Source: Octopus sinensis (lineage: Eukaryota). Taken from it: 64,000 nucleotides of DNA. The notes beneath the pieces are model-generated. The model made no database searches, was not told where the DNA came from, and saw nothing but the letters and a program-made list of their open reading frames with translations. The DNA lies in contig NC_043000.1 of NCBI RefSeq assembly GCF_006345805.1, positions 70,680,001 through 70,744,000 of the forward strand, given 5' to 3'. Made by a program: the position numbers and the translations under genes. Positions 12,944 to 24,371 of this stretch are shown piece by piece. How positions within the stretch are numbered: position 1 is the stretch's first letter; every line of letters starts with the position of its first letter.

Positions 12944-14298
12944 AGAGGTCATTACTTATCTCCTCAGTAACATAGGAAAATAAGTATCCAATACATCTTG
13001 CAGTCTAGTTTGGGTTCGTGGAAATAACTCTGACACCAATTATTAACTCTTACTCTGCTAATTTCTTAACCAAAATATAAAATCTTATCTATAATCTTAT
13101 AATTGTGAAGCTACACCTGTAAAATATAAAACTTTGAAAATATAAATCAGTCATATTTAATTAACATGCAGTAGTAAATTGAAGTTTACTACTTATTTAC
13201 TGCCTATTTCAATTAACCTTGTTCACAGAAGATATTACAAGTTCACTGATTAAGCTCTGATTATACAGAAGCACAAAAACTGAAATTTAACTGAGCAAAA
13301 AATATATAAAAAGAGAATTAACTTCCTTTTTATGAAGATAATTATTAAAAACTAAAGGTTAATGATTTTCTCTTTTTGAGAAATATTACAGAGAACAAAT
13401 TTCATAGCATGGAATGAAAATGTAAGTGGAAAAAAAAACTTATTAAGTATTAGGAAAATACATTTGTTAAAAGAAAACATCATTGCACAAGCATTAGTAG
13501 CTTGAGATCGTTTTATTAATCATTTCTTTTATCAATGATATCTTAGTGATTTATCTCATTTCATACCTAGTGATATGTATATATGTCATCTGAAGATATT
13601 CATAATATACTTTACAAAAACCAAGTGTAGAAAGAAACATTTTAGCTAAGGTTAATAGTTTGATTACTCCATATTATTTTAGTATTAAGTGATTGTCTCA
13701 ACCTTTCATTCATTTTTAATTAGGATAAACATCAATAATTATTAAGGAAGCTGCAAATGTCAAGTGGATGGGTGTCTATCTCAACTTAAGAATCAGAATT
13801 TATGTATCATTTCTGGTAAAAGAGTAAACACTTTGTTTTGATCCTCATCATAATCTATTTGTGATATACTTGTGTTGGTCTCCACAACAATCTCTTTGTA
13901 ATTATCCTTATCTCATCTATGAAGCTTAACGTTATAAATAGAAGGAAAAGTTAGGCCATGAGAAGAAATATCTAATGTTTTGGATAAAGCTCTTCACTGG
14001 AAAGCTGAGTTTTCATTAAAGGCTTCTTGGAATATTAAATATTTTTTTTTTATAGCAACCTAACACATTGGAATATAATCACCTTGAAGTTTGGTGATTA
14101 TATTCCAATGGCTCTACATCAGTCAATCAATACAATGTTTCATCCACAATAAACTATCATTCATCCAATGTAGCTGCTTTCCCCCTTTTTTTGTAATGAA
14201 AAATGTGAAAACTGATATAGAGTTGGAGAAAAGTATAAATTTGACAAAAATCATAAGATTTGTATATTTTAAATGCTATTAATTTCTATAAAAGTCTA

Positions 14299-14478
14299 TT
14301 ATTGATTCATAAAAAAAGTTAATGCTTCAAGAGGTAGCAGAGATTTTTCCAAAGGAATATCTGGATTGTAGTCATGTGTTTGTTGTCTGCGTCTCATCTG
14401 CCAACCTCTGTAAGGCACTGGTAAATCTGAATGATGGCACGGAAGAGGAACACTGAAAAAGTATGGATGAAGTAAAGC
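14299..14478 (-). CDS. CDK20: Cyclin-dependent kinase 20, coding exon 10 (last): ALLHPYFFSVPLPCHHSDLPVP...FFMNQ*
   Basis: cag acceptor at 14481-14479, TAA at 14301-14299. Matches the CDK20 C-terminus (human ALLHQYFFTAPLPAHPSELP). Confidence 0.95.
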   Translation of the reverse strand, partial: ALLHPYFFSVPLPCHHSDLPVPYRGWQMRRRQQTHDYNPDIPLEKSLLPLEALTFFMNQ

Positions 14479-16100
14479 CTGAAAATAGAAAAAGAAAATC
14501 ACAGGTATAAAAGTATGATAAAAAATTTCTTTCATGTGTATAACAATCAACAATAGCCTAAAGTACCTTAAAAATTGATCCAATAACGGAAGATTATGCT
14601 CATAATTTCAGAAATTTTTGTTGTGAAGATAAGAATTTTCATACCTTTTTCAATTTAAAATACATAGGGTTTTTTTTCCAGATTTTTAAACCTACAAATT
14701 AGGGGTGCACATTAAACTTAAGAACTAAACTACCCCATCTTTTATTATTATTAAAGATCTAAATTTATACAACATATATACAATATTTGTATATAATGTC
14801 CCATGATCTTTATATATGAAACACAGGATGGAGTAGTTTGAAATGTACCACTTTCTGAAAATTTAAAATGTTCCATTTTAAGATTCTAATTAAGAAAACA
14901 TCTTATTTGGTTGAGTTCACAATAAATGAAGCATTTATTTATTTATTTTGAAAATGAGAGAGAGTAATAATTGGCATAGTGCTTAGAGTAATAAGTATTT
15001 AAATTGGCTGTTGTGAAAAATTTATTTAGCAGAAATATAATCTTCTATGTTAAATTAACTTTCTGGCATCTACTTATAGCAAAATAAGTAACACACTATC
15101 TATCCTAGCATATGCACACCCTCACCATGTACTTTAATTATATCAGATATATTTTCTAATGTAAAACATGTTTTAAAATGTATCAAGGGGAGCAAATTAC
15201 ATATCAACAATATGCAGACAATACACTATGGTGGCCTATACAATTTCTATATAGTGCAACAATAAATATTAACAATATTTAATTGGTTTTGCCATCTTGT
15301 CAAGAGGGATTCAAATAGTTTGTTTACCCACAGTAAATTATGAAATTCAGAAATGATAAATGATTAGTAAATGAATGAATATAGTATGAAGTTAAACAAA
15401 ATATTTCATGGACTACTAGCTATTGAGGGCAATGTTAAATGATATGTAAAATGTAATGTTTTTAACAGAAATATATTCTTATAATGTATTTTTTATTCAC
15501 TAATTATAATTGTCCATAAAAAATATACAACATTCAATTCATAAACAATGTGATAACCAAAGAAAGCTTAATATGAACATTTCAAAAGATATACAATATA
15601 GAATATTTCACAAATATTTTTGTCAAGTATCACTCTCTCAAACTATCATCATCACTAAGCTCAGCTCCAACACACTAATGATTCTCCAGTTCTTTTCTGT
15701 TAAGTAGAGAGATATCCAATTCTCATCCTCATACCCCTGAAAAGATTCTTCAAATAGCTTTTCATCCCTAGTTCAATCCAGTTCATTTGAACTAATACAT
15801 TTTTGAAAGAATTTATAATTATGTCACAGGTTATGCTTTCCCAAGCATCATTTAACAACCATGTCTACACTTGCATATTTCCCTTCATCAGTTCTTTGCT
15901 TACTTAAGATATTTTATAACTTCCTGAAATCCTTTTAGAAATATTATTGAATGAAACATCCAATCATTGTAGAATTATAGCACATCCTCCTGAGATAACA
16001 ATTTCTTGTTTTGCTTCAGTTTCTTGCTTGATTGATTCGCACAAATGTGCACAGAATTGATCCCCCGCTAACAAAGATGTTGGTTCAAGTAGAGGGCCAA

Positions 16101-16193
16101 GCCTTTCTAACTATATTTTGTCTGAATAAACATATGTGAATATGTGCCTTTCTAACTATATTTTGTCTGAATAAACATATGTGAATATGTGCC
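16101..16193. repeat. Perfect 45-bp tandem duplication
   Basis: gcctttctaactatattttgtctgaataaacatatgtgaatatgt occurs twice, identical (16101-16145, 16146-16190), plus gcc. Confidence 0.95.
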
Positions 16194-16758
16194 ATATTTT
16201 GAGTTGCTCATTGACTAGTGTAGCATTTGGAAAATTAACCTTTGGTGTAGCTTCCTTTTTAAAAATAAGTTTTAACTTAGTCCTTTCACCCATGCAAACT
16301 AAAACTCCCAGGGGATGTTACTTATGTTCTATAAACTGAGATGTTCTAAAAATCTGCAGTGACATTGGTTGGCCTGTCAAAACATTAATTTTCATCTATA
16401 ATTCTGATTGCTGACAAATTATAAGTCACAAATCTTAAATTGATTAGCCACAAACTTATGAACATCTTTTGGTAACCATTCAACTGTATCATCAACATCC
16501 TTTGGTGTTTTTAGTCAGTATGAGTTTGCCTTTAATACCTGTCCATTTCTATATAATTGTGTATTTTGAATTAGTGGAATATATTTTGTTTTGAGATTTT
16601 GTAGATTTAGTAGATAAGTTCCCTGATGGTTTTACTATATATTCTCAGAAAATGTTACGACCTATACACGAGTTTATATGGTACTGATCAATAAATTCAT
16701 TTCCACACACATGTTAAAATACAGTTAAATGAGCCACAACAAAATGTTAAGAATGTAC

Positions 16759-16914
16759 CTTTTTGGCTGCTATCCTCTCTTTTGAAGGATACACAAGAAA
16801 CTTTCCAAGTAGATCTGATGCATGAGCTGAAGCATCTGGAACTATTTCTTTGATAGGAATTGCTGGATTTTCTGGGAAAGTAATCTTCTTAAAATCTGGT
16901 AATTCTGACATCCC
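16759..16914 (-). CDS. CDK20: CDK20 coding exon 9: GMSELPDFKKITFPENPAIPIKEIVPDASAHASDLLGKFLVYPSKERIAAKK
   Basis: 156 nt, ag|...|gtacat, phase 0/0. Kinase subdomains X-XI. Confidence 0.95.
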
Positions 16915-17254
16915 CTTCAATAACAAAAGAAAAATTTTTTTTAAATAAATTGCATAACAATTTTTTTTTGTTTATTGTCAGAACTACATAGATGAGTGAA
17001 GAAAATTGTTCTTAACTGTTTAATATCTATTTAAATATTGTTAGATTTCATTTTACAGCTAGATGTCCTTCCTACCACTAACAACTTAGTTGAAATGTAA
17101 GGAATCCTATTCTATCAGTTTTTGGGATGTGTGAGAGTAGAAGATTTTACTAGTTTTAGCTCTAAACTGAAGTCATACTAGGGCACCAAGATTTATTTTA
17201 TTGACCTTGAAAGAGGTCAGAAAGAGATGCAATTGAGATTTTCATTTAATATAC

Positions 17255-18355
17255 TGTTGTGGGTTTGGCTAGTGCAGTATTTCTTGACCTAATTTGGAAT
17301 GATGGTGCCGGCAGGACTGGAGTAAAAAGTAACAGTCCTTTGTTTACTGGGAGATTAATGGGGTTTTGGAGGGACCTTTTGGCCTTGTGCGGTCGATTAG
17401 GGGTCAGAGAGATGTGAGGAAGAATCTAGCAGTAGTGAGAAAAAGATAGAGTAAGGAATCTAAGAGCAGATGGAGAGGATATTGGCAGTGAGAGAGGATG
17501 AGGGGCAGAGGAGGACAGGCAGTTAGGGACCAGGGCAGATAGAGAGGGTATAAGCAGTAGAGACAGATGGAGATGAGGGCAGTGGGAAGGGAGAGAGCAA
17601 GTGAGGTTTTGGGTAGTTGGTATTCGGTCGTCAAAGAGCACAGACGGATCTTGGAAGTCAGGACAAGGAGTTGGAATCTTAGGAGCAAGCGGTGGGATTC
17701 AGGAGCTTGGCAAGCTGGAGTTAGCAGTATTGAGAGAGAGATGGGGTGCAATATGGGACACTGGCAATTCTAATTAGGAATTAAGGTACGTGAATTGTGT
17801 GTTGATATGTGAAGAAAAAGAAGGAAAAAGAATTGGTGTATTGAACAGTGAAAAGAACAGTAAAGGACTTGTTGATGTGTCGATTATCGAGTTGTGGTAT
17901 TTATGTTCAGAATTGTGTTGATACATATTACAAAAGAAAATAGAAATGAGATTGTAAAGACTTTAAAGAACTGTGAACGTTATCTGTTGATGTGATTTGA
18001 AAAAGAACTGTGTCTTCGGACGTGTACCTTTGAAATGCTGATATATTGACCTTGTTGTGTCGTTACCGGACTGTTATATTGTATCTGCATGTTGTTAAAT
18101 GTTTTGATCTGTTGTATACCTGTATTGATTTGTTGTTTCCTTTAAATGCTTTGATGTTGTAACCATTGATTGTCATAAACTAGTGTTAAATGTAAGCCAG
18201 TGTTGCCTTGCCGCTTTGTGTCTCTCTCGGTTGCCTCTCTGTATCTCTCTGTGCTGCTGCGGTTGTTGTTGTATGTATCTCTCCTCTCTCCTCTTTGGGT
18301 TCCGTGGCGAACTTGCCCGTTCGGGCGAGCGGCGACGACGGGTGATTCCGTAACA
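17255..18355. mobile_element. Solo LTR (1101 bp) with 4-bp target-site duplication
   Basis: Begins TGTTGTGG and ends CCGTAACA (TG...CA). ATAC flanks both sides (17251-17254 and 18356-18359). No coding capacity; CpG-rich 3' end. Confidence 0.75.
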
Positions 18356-19615
18356 ATACTAATATTTTCAATCTTACAAAAGCAAGCAAGCAAATTAATT
18401 TTCAGGTTCTAACAACTAAATTTTTCTCATAAGGTTGAGACTGTGGTTGAGGACACTTTGCCAAGTTGCTTAACAGTAGCATGGAACTTAGGGCAATGTG
18501 GTTGTAAAGCAAACGATTTAACATACCATTTTGCCTGTGTTTAAATATAGATTTCTAAAATTGGCACAAGTTTTACTTTTTGGGAGACAGGATATACTAG
18601 ATTGAATCATTTCTAGTACTTGACTGGTACTTTATTTTGTCAAACCTAGAAGAATCAAAAGCAAAGATGGTCTGGATGAGATTTAAACTCAGAATGTGAA
18701 GGGTCATAACTAAATACTGCGAGGCATTTTGTCCAATCCATTACCACTAAATATAGCCTCCAAATGACACATTCTAAGTGTTCTACTTTTGAAATTTCAA
18801 ATATAGAATAAATAAAAGAGAAATAAAAAGATAAACAAACGTCTGTTACTCAAGACTAAATTAAACCACTTAAATTGAAAGTAGCATCATATGTAAGCTT
18901 TCTCTGTTATCTATATTTAATATCTTTTATGAAATTTGTAAGGTACTGAAAACTTCATATGTGTGTGTGTGTATGTGTGTGTGTGTGCATGGAAGAGAGA
19001 AAGAGAAACAGTGATGGGGAAAATATAATATTGCCTTGGTATTGAAAATAACAAATGATTGACAATAACTTATTTTCCATGCTGGTATAATTTGGACAGG
19101 TGTGCAATAGAGCAGCTTTAGGTACTGTATTTCCCATTACATTATACTAGGTGATGTTTACATACTATCAGGTGGTGTTTACAATTTTAATACACTCAGT
19201 AGTACTGGCAGTTATATGGTGGAAGTTATTGGCTTTATAGTTATACTGTATTAACTGGTGTTTATACTATATTATCTTTTTAGTTACCCCATATTATTGT
19301 GCTTTCTTTTTATAAAGAAAAGATTAGACCATGATGAAAGGCATCTTCTAATTAAGACACTAGAGAAGCTCTGTATGAAAAATGTATGACACTAATTCTT
19401 GCCAGACATAAGACTAATAGTTATAATGATAGAAATACTTATTGTTTAACTATATGAAAGGGTAAACCAAGTCTAATGAGACTTGAAGTCAGAGGAGCTG
19501 AACCAAATATTGTAAGGCATTTAGTGCATCAAATGCTTAATAACAGTCCTCAAAACTAACCTACTGTAACATTCTATGGTTTATTAGAAAAATACTAAAA
19601 TTTAACAATGATTAC

Positions 19616-19687
19616 CGGCCATGTTTTCTCAGTTGGTGTCCCCAAAACTCTCAATACACAACACAGCTGCTCAATATCATTATCACC
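19616..19687 (-). CDS. CDK20: CDK20 coding exon 8: GDNDIEQLCCVLRVLGTPTEKTWP
   Basis: 72 nt, tag|...|gtaatc, phase 0/0. Confidence 0.95.
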
Positions 19688-20239
19688 CTAATAGGAGGAA
19701 ACAAAAAACAAATTTATTTATTTATTTAAACATAAAAGCAAGTCATTAAAGTCACTTAATACCTTCTTATGCTTCACTTCAGAGAAAAGTATATAAGAGT
19801 CTAGGATTAGTTTTCATTCATATTAATTTGTAAATTAGAATTAGTGAAAATATCTGCTGATAAACACAGTATATCAGCAATGGTAACTAAAAGCAGTAAG
19901 CTTTTAGGTATGTTTGCTACTTCATTGAGGTAGTCCCTCATACTTGGCTTGCTATATTGTTAGACAATTGGGGTGTGTGTGACTCAGAACCACCTCAAGG
20001 GATCTTCACAGCACCAGCATGAGAATAAGAATTCATTACTCTTTAGCCAAAAGGAAGACATTTAACACCCTTGGTCATTGGAATATGTCATTTAGGGTAA
20101 TGCTATTTTAACAACAGACTGAGAGTAGTATTGAAATTGGGCAACAAGATTGAAACAAGAGGTGATTAATATGTAGATAAAATTATATTAAGACATGTAA
20201 TGTTAACATATAATAATGAAATGATGTAAGTAGACATAC

Positions 20240-20291
20240 TGGGAAAAGTGGGGAGTTGTTCAATAATTCTCCAAAAATACAGCCTACAGCC
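20240..20291 (-). CDS. CDK20: CDK20 coding exon 7: (W)AVGCIFGELLNNSPLFP
   Basis: 52 nt, cag|...|gtatgt, phase 2/0. Subdomain IX. Confidence 0.95.
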
Positions 20292-21361
20292 CTGAAAGTG
20301 AAATAAAAGGCTTTATGATTAATCATAAATATAAAATATTTGCAAATAAAATGCAACAACTGAAAATAATACATAAAAATTGTCAAAATACTTGGTTCAC
20401 TCTTGGCAACTAAGTAACAGAAATTTAAATATATTCATTGGTAACAACTTCTCTGATATATTTTAAATAAGTAGACAGAAGCTGAAAACTTCCCATCGTG
20501 TGTGTGTGTGAAAGAGAGAGAGAGAGCATTAACATATTGATGAACAATGTAACAAAATTAACATAAACAAAATCCTATGGATATTAATGCCTCCTAATGA
20601 GGTTGACAACTCTGACACCCAAGTACTTCATTTTAATCCTGCACCATTTATCTTGAGTTACACAAAAGCTTGGTGAAACCAACAAAGATTATTGCTGGTT
20701 ATGTGACACTAAAAACACCTCTTACTAACAAATGTTAATGTATTCCAGTTAATAACAACTCAAATACTTTTACAAAAGAGTAGTAAAACTTTAATACTAA
20801 AAGTGTTTATTTTATTTTCTGTTCCATTTTAAATTCTTTTGTATATATAACAAGATCATACAGACACAGAGAAACCAGGAAACTGCACTTGGGAATGGAG
20901 AGGAGGCGTAGTCTTTTCCTTAATTTCACACTAATAATAACAGGCTGCACAAAAGAAAAATGGTAAGGCAACATATCTCATTTATTGCCACCATCACAAT
21001 AATACTTACTTTACTACACTGCTGCTTAAAAACTATAAGACATTTAAAATCTAATAAGTTAGGGATTATTTTTCTTTATCGTTAATCCACTGTTGAAAAC
21101 TTCTAAAAAGTGGAATAAATTCTTTTAATTACAATTATATGAGAAAAGCTAATGCTGGCTAAGATGACAGTTTAGAATTAGAGTTTATACAGTAACCAAC
21201 AAAATCTTTTCACAGCAGTTTACAATCTCTCTTTTTTCAGATAAATGTAGTCTTTAATAAATACTTATTAACCTTTCTACTGTTTGGAAAATTATAAATT
21301 ACAGTCAATTCATTTTAATTACCATTTTCTATGAAGGAAATTACTCTGAAAATATATTTAC

Positions 21362-21424
21362 CATAAATCAACACCTTCATCATACTTCCTAGCTCCATAC
21401 AAAAGTTCTGGAGCTCTGTACCAC
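21362..21424 (-). CDS. CDK20: CDK20 coding exon 6: (R)WYRAPELLYGARKYDEGVDL(W)
   Basis: 63 nt, tag|...|gtaaat, phase 2/2. Contains the APE motif. Confidence 0.95.
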
Positions 21425-21819
21425 CTACAAGAAAAGAAGATAAACTAAAAGAAAAATATGGATAAGCAAATGAATTATTTATGTAGTAAAATTCTTTCTT
21501 TTATAGCCACAAGGCTTGAAATTTTGGGTGAGAGGGGCCAGCCAATTACATTGATCCCAGTACTCATTTTATTGACCCTGGAAGGCAGAGTTGACTTTGG
21601 CAGAATTTGAACTCAGAATTTTGCAAAATTTAGTAAAATATGCAGTTTTTATAAGTGTTGTATCTTTGTTTTTTTGTGCATGTGTGTGTGGGCTTTGCTT
21701 CCTCTTTATACTATCATCATGTCTTCATGAAGGCAATGAAGATGGTGTAAATGGAAAGAGGACAAAGTAGACCCAAGTTCAGTTATAACAGTAGACTTTA
21801 CATAAATTGACAATCTTAC

Positions 21820-21941
21820 CTTGTAGCCACTTGGTGACTGTACTCGCAGTTATTACTGTTCTGGAAAACTCTGGCTAGACCAAAATCAGCAATTTTCAAA
21901 TGTCCAGTGGAACTTATTAATAAATTAGCAGGTTTCAAATC
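21820..21941 (-). CDS. CDK20: CDK20 coding exon 5: [40 protein letters not shown](R)
   Basis: 122 nt, cag|...|gtaaga, phase 0/2. Catalytic loop, DFG and the CDK20-type YSHQVATR T-loop. Confidence 0.97.
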
Positions 21942-22166
21942 CTGCAAGAAATGAAGTTTATTTTCTGTAAGTTAAAAAAAGAATATCCTTATAATGAGTT
22001 GATTGTAATGGTTGTGCTTACCTTTTGAATTAAATAAAGAATTTTGAATAAACAGATGTAATTTAGCCCCAGGAGACATTGTTTCCAGCTGGCTGTATGA
22101 CATGATCTGTGTCCTTATATTTTTGAACAAGGGAATCTAGCACCCCAACTCGGCTCAAAACAATAT

Positions 22167-22209
22167 CTGTGTATTGTAATTTCCAGGTTATTGCCCTTCA
22201 GCAGCACAG
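22167..22209 (-). ncRNA. Degenerate minimal type I hammerhead ribozyme (core A6C)
   Basis: CUGUG-CUGCUGA-AGGGCAAUAACCUG-GAAA-UUACAA-U-A-CACAG. Stem I CUGUG/CACAG, short near-palindromic stem III, AUA cleavage triplet. Confidence 0.6.
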
Positions 22210-22589
22210 AATAATTGTTCGGCTAGAGGTGGCGCTGCCAAATTCCCGTTTGAAATATATAGTTTTCAAAGTGACAACTAGTCATTGATCTATAAATTAG
22301 AAAATTACTATTTTTAAATCTCACAATGAGAGATATTCAGCAACAGTATTTTGTAGTAAAGATTGTTTGCCAACATGGCACGGCAGTCCTGGGTTAGGAT
22401 AAATGTTGCTGTAATTTACCCCCAGGAAACATTGTCTCCAGCTGGCTATACAACACGATCTATGTCCTTATATTTTGTGAGATTTAAAAATAGTAATTTT
22501 CTAATTTATAGATCAGTGACTAGTTGTCACTTTGAAAACAATATATTTCAAACAGGAATTTGGCAGCGCCACCTCTAGCCGGACAATTA

Positions 22590-22632
22590 TTGTGCTAATG
22601 AAAAGAAATAATCCAGAAATCGTGATACACAG
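22590..22632 (+). ncRNA. Degenerate minimal type I hammerhead ribozyme (core G5A)
   Basis: UUGUG-CUAAUGA-AAAGAAAUAAUCCA-GAAA-UCGUGA-U-A-CACAG. Stem III covaries with the other copy; stem II is decayed. Confidence 0.55.
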
Positions 22633-23112
22633 ATATTGTTTTGAGCTGAGCTGAGTGGGGGTGCTAGATTCCCTTGTTCGAAAATATAAAGACACATTGT
22701 GTCATACAGCCAGCTGAAGACAATGTTTTCTGAGGCTAAATTACAGCAACATTTGTCCTAAACCAGGACTGCTGTGTTATGTTGGCAAATGATCTTTACT
22801 ACAAAGTACTTTTGCTGAATATCTCTCATTATGAGATTTTAAAATAGTAATTCAGTAAAATAGCTAATAATAAACCTGTTTCGAATTATTTAACTCCTAG
22901 AGCATTTTAGCTCATATTTCCAGCAATGTAGGTGTATCTAATACCCTAGTCATATTTAGTGACAATTATAGTTTCCTTTTTCGGTAAAACATTGCATATG
23001 GCTGTCTATATTAATTTTATGTATACACATTAATGATTGAATAAATCATCCATAGATTTTTATATGGTGAAAACATATATACTGACAGAGAATTCAGTCC
23101 GGAATCTGTTAA

Positions 23113-23186
23113 AGTTGAGCCAGTCCTTACTGATGAGGCAACGAAAATTGCTGAAACTGACCTGTCAGTATAAGGAATTCTCGATT
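23113..23186 (+). ncRNA. Type I hammerhead ribozyme with intact catalytic core
   Basis: Stem I UCCUUA(23124-29)/UAAGGA(23171-76). Core CUGAUGA (23130-36). Stem II GGCAA/UUGCU around C-GAAA-A. GAAA (23153-56). Stem III ACUGAC/GUCAGU. GUA cleavage after 23170. Distal stem I AGUUGAG/CUCGAUU. Confidence 0.88.
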
Positions 23187-23326
23187 GGTGTTTTCAGGCA
23201 ATTATAGTACCTTCAGTAAGTATGTATACAATTATGTGCTTTGACTACAGCATTATAGAATTTTGGCTCTTATTTCTAGGAATGTAAGTGTTTCTAACAC
23301 CCTAGTCATATTTAGTGACAAATATA

Positions 23327-24371
23327 TTGGGTTCACTAGAAAGCAATTTCGTTTTTCACAAATAGGGGAGTTATGATTTTTTGGATGACTTTTGACATTT
23401 GATAGCTGTTACTTTTAACTTACTTTAGAAGCAAATTGCACATAATTTAGTTCACAGCTGTTAGTTCAGTGTCAATTTTAACATGGAGTGCAAAAACGAA
23501 CATCTTCACTATATTTTGCTTTTTTTATTTCTGTAAAGGCAAGAAAACTGCTGAGACTCACATAGAGATATGTGAAGCTTATGGTGCTGATTGCTTAACA
23601 GAATGTATGTGTTAGAAATGGTTTAAAAAATTACTTTCTAGAGATTTTTCACTCAAAGACAACCAACTTTCTGGTTAACCTGCTGAAGTTGATGATGACC
23701 AAACCAAAGCTATAATTGAATCTGATTTGCCATATAACTGTGTGAGAGATTGCAGAAAAGTTAAATGTATCACACACAATTGAAAATCACTTAAAATGTC
23801 TTGGAGTCATTAAGAAGCTCGATATCTGGGTTCCACATACATTGAAAGAGATTCACTTAACACAATGAATCAATATTTTCAATATGCATCTCAAATGCAA
23901 TGAAATTAAACCTTCTGTTTTTGAAATGAATTATCACTGGTTATGAAAACTGGATTGTCTACAATAATATCAATCCAAAACGATCATGGTCCAAGCATAA
24001 TGAACCAGCACAAACCACATTGAAAGCTGAAATGCATAAAAAAAAAGTCATGCTGTTGATTTGGTGGGATTACAAAGGTGTTGTATATTTTGAGTTGCTT
24101 CCAAGGAACCAAGGATCAATTCAGATGTTTACTGTCAACAACTAATGAAACTGAAGGAAGCAGTCAAAGAAAAATGCCTAGAATTGGCAAATAAGGACCA
24201 GAAGTTCGATGATTGCAGAATCATGAAGTTGACAGAATGATGGCAAAAGGTCATTGAGCAAAATGGAAAATATATAATTGATTAAAGTTCATTCTTTGCA
24301 AGAAAAAAAAATGAAAAAAAATTACTTTTATTTCACACTAAAAGACCAAAATTACTTTCTTGCCAACCTAA
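23327..24371 (+). mobile_element. Mariner (DD34D) element, internally deleted and decayed
   Basis: Imperfect TIRs ttgggttcactagaaag / ctttcttgccaacctaa, with TA on both sides. MECKNEHLHYILL...ITGYENWIVYNN...KKVMLLIWWDYKG...WQKVIEQNGKYIID*. The second and third catalytic-Asp region is missing. Confidence 0.9.

Larger units (their letters stand above)
22057..22852. mobile_element. 353-bp tandem-unit element in head-to-head arrangement carrying minimal type I hammerhead motifs (family A)
   Basis: Left block 22057-22476 (minus sense) and right block 22477-22852 (plus sense) each show a 353-bp period: tgtaattta at 22057/22410 and tgagattt at 22478/22831. The two blocks are inverted copies of each other. 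Confidence 0.75.

Noticed and set aside
17404-18412. Several overlapping 60-115 aa ORFs
   Set aside because: They are low-complexity by-products of the GA/CT-skewed solo LTR with no recognisable domain.
21826-21846. Ser instead of Thr at the CDK20 T-loop site (YSHQV)
   Set aside because: To my recollection YSHQV is common in non-mammalian CDK20 and remains phosphorylatable, so it is not unusual.
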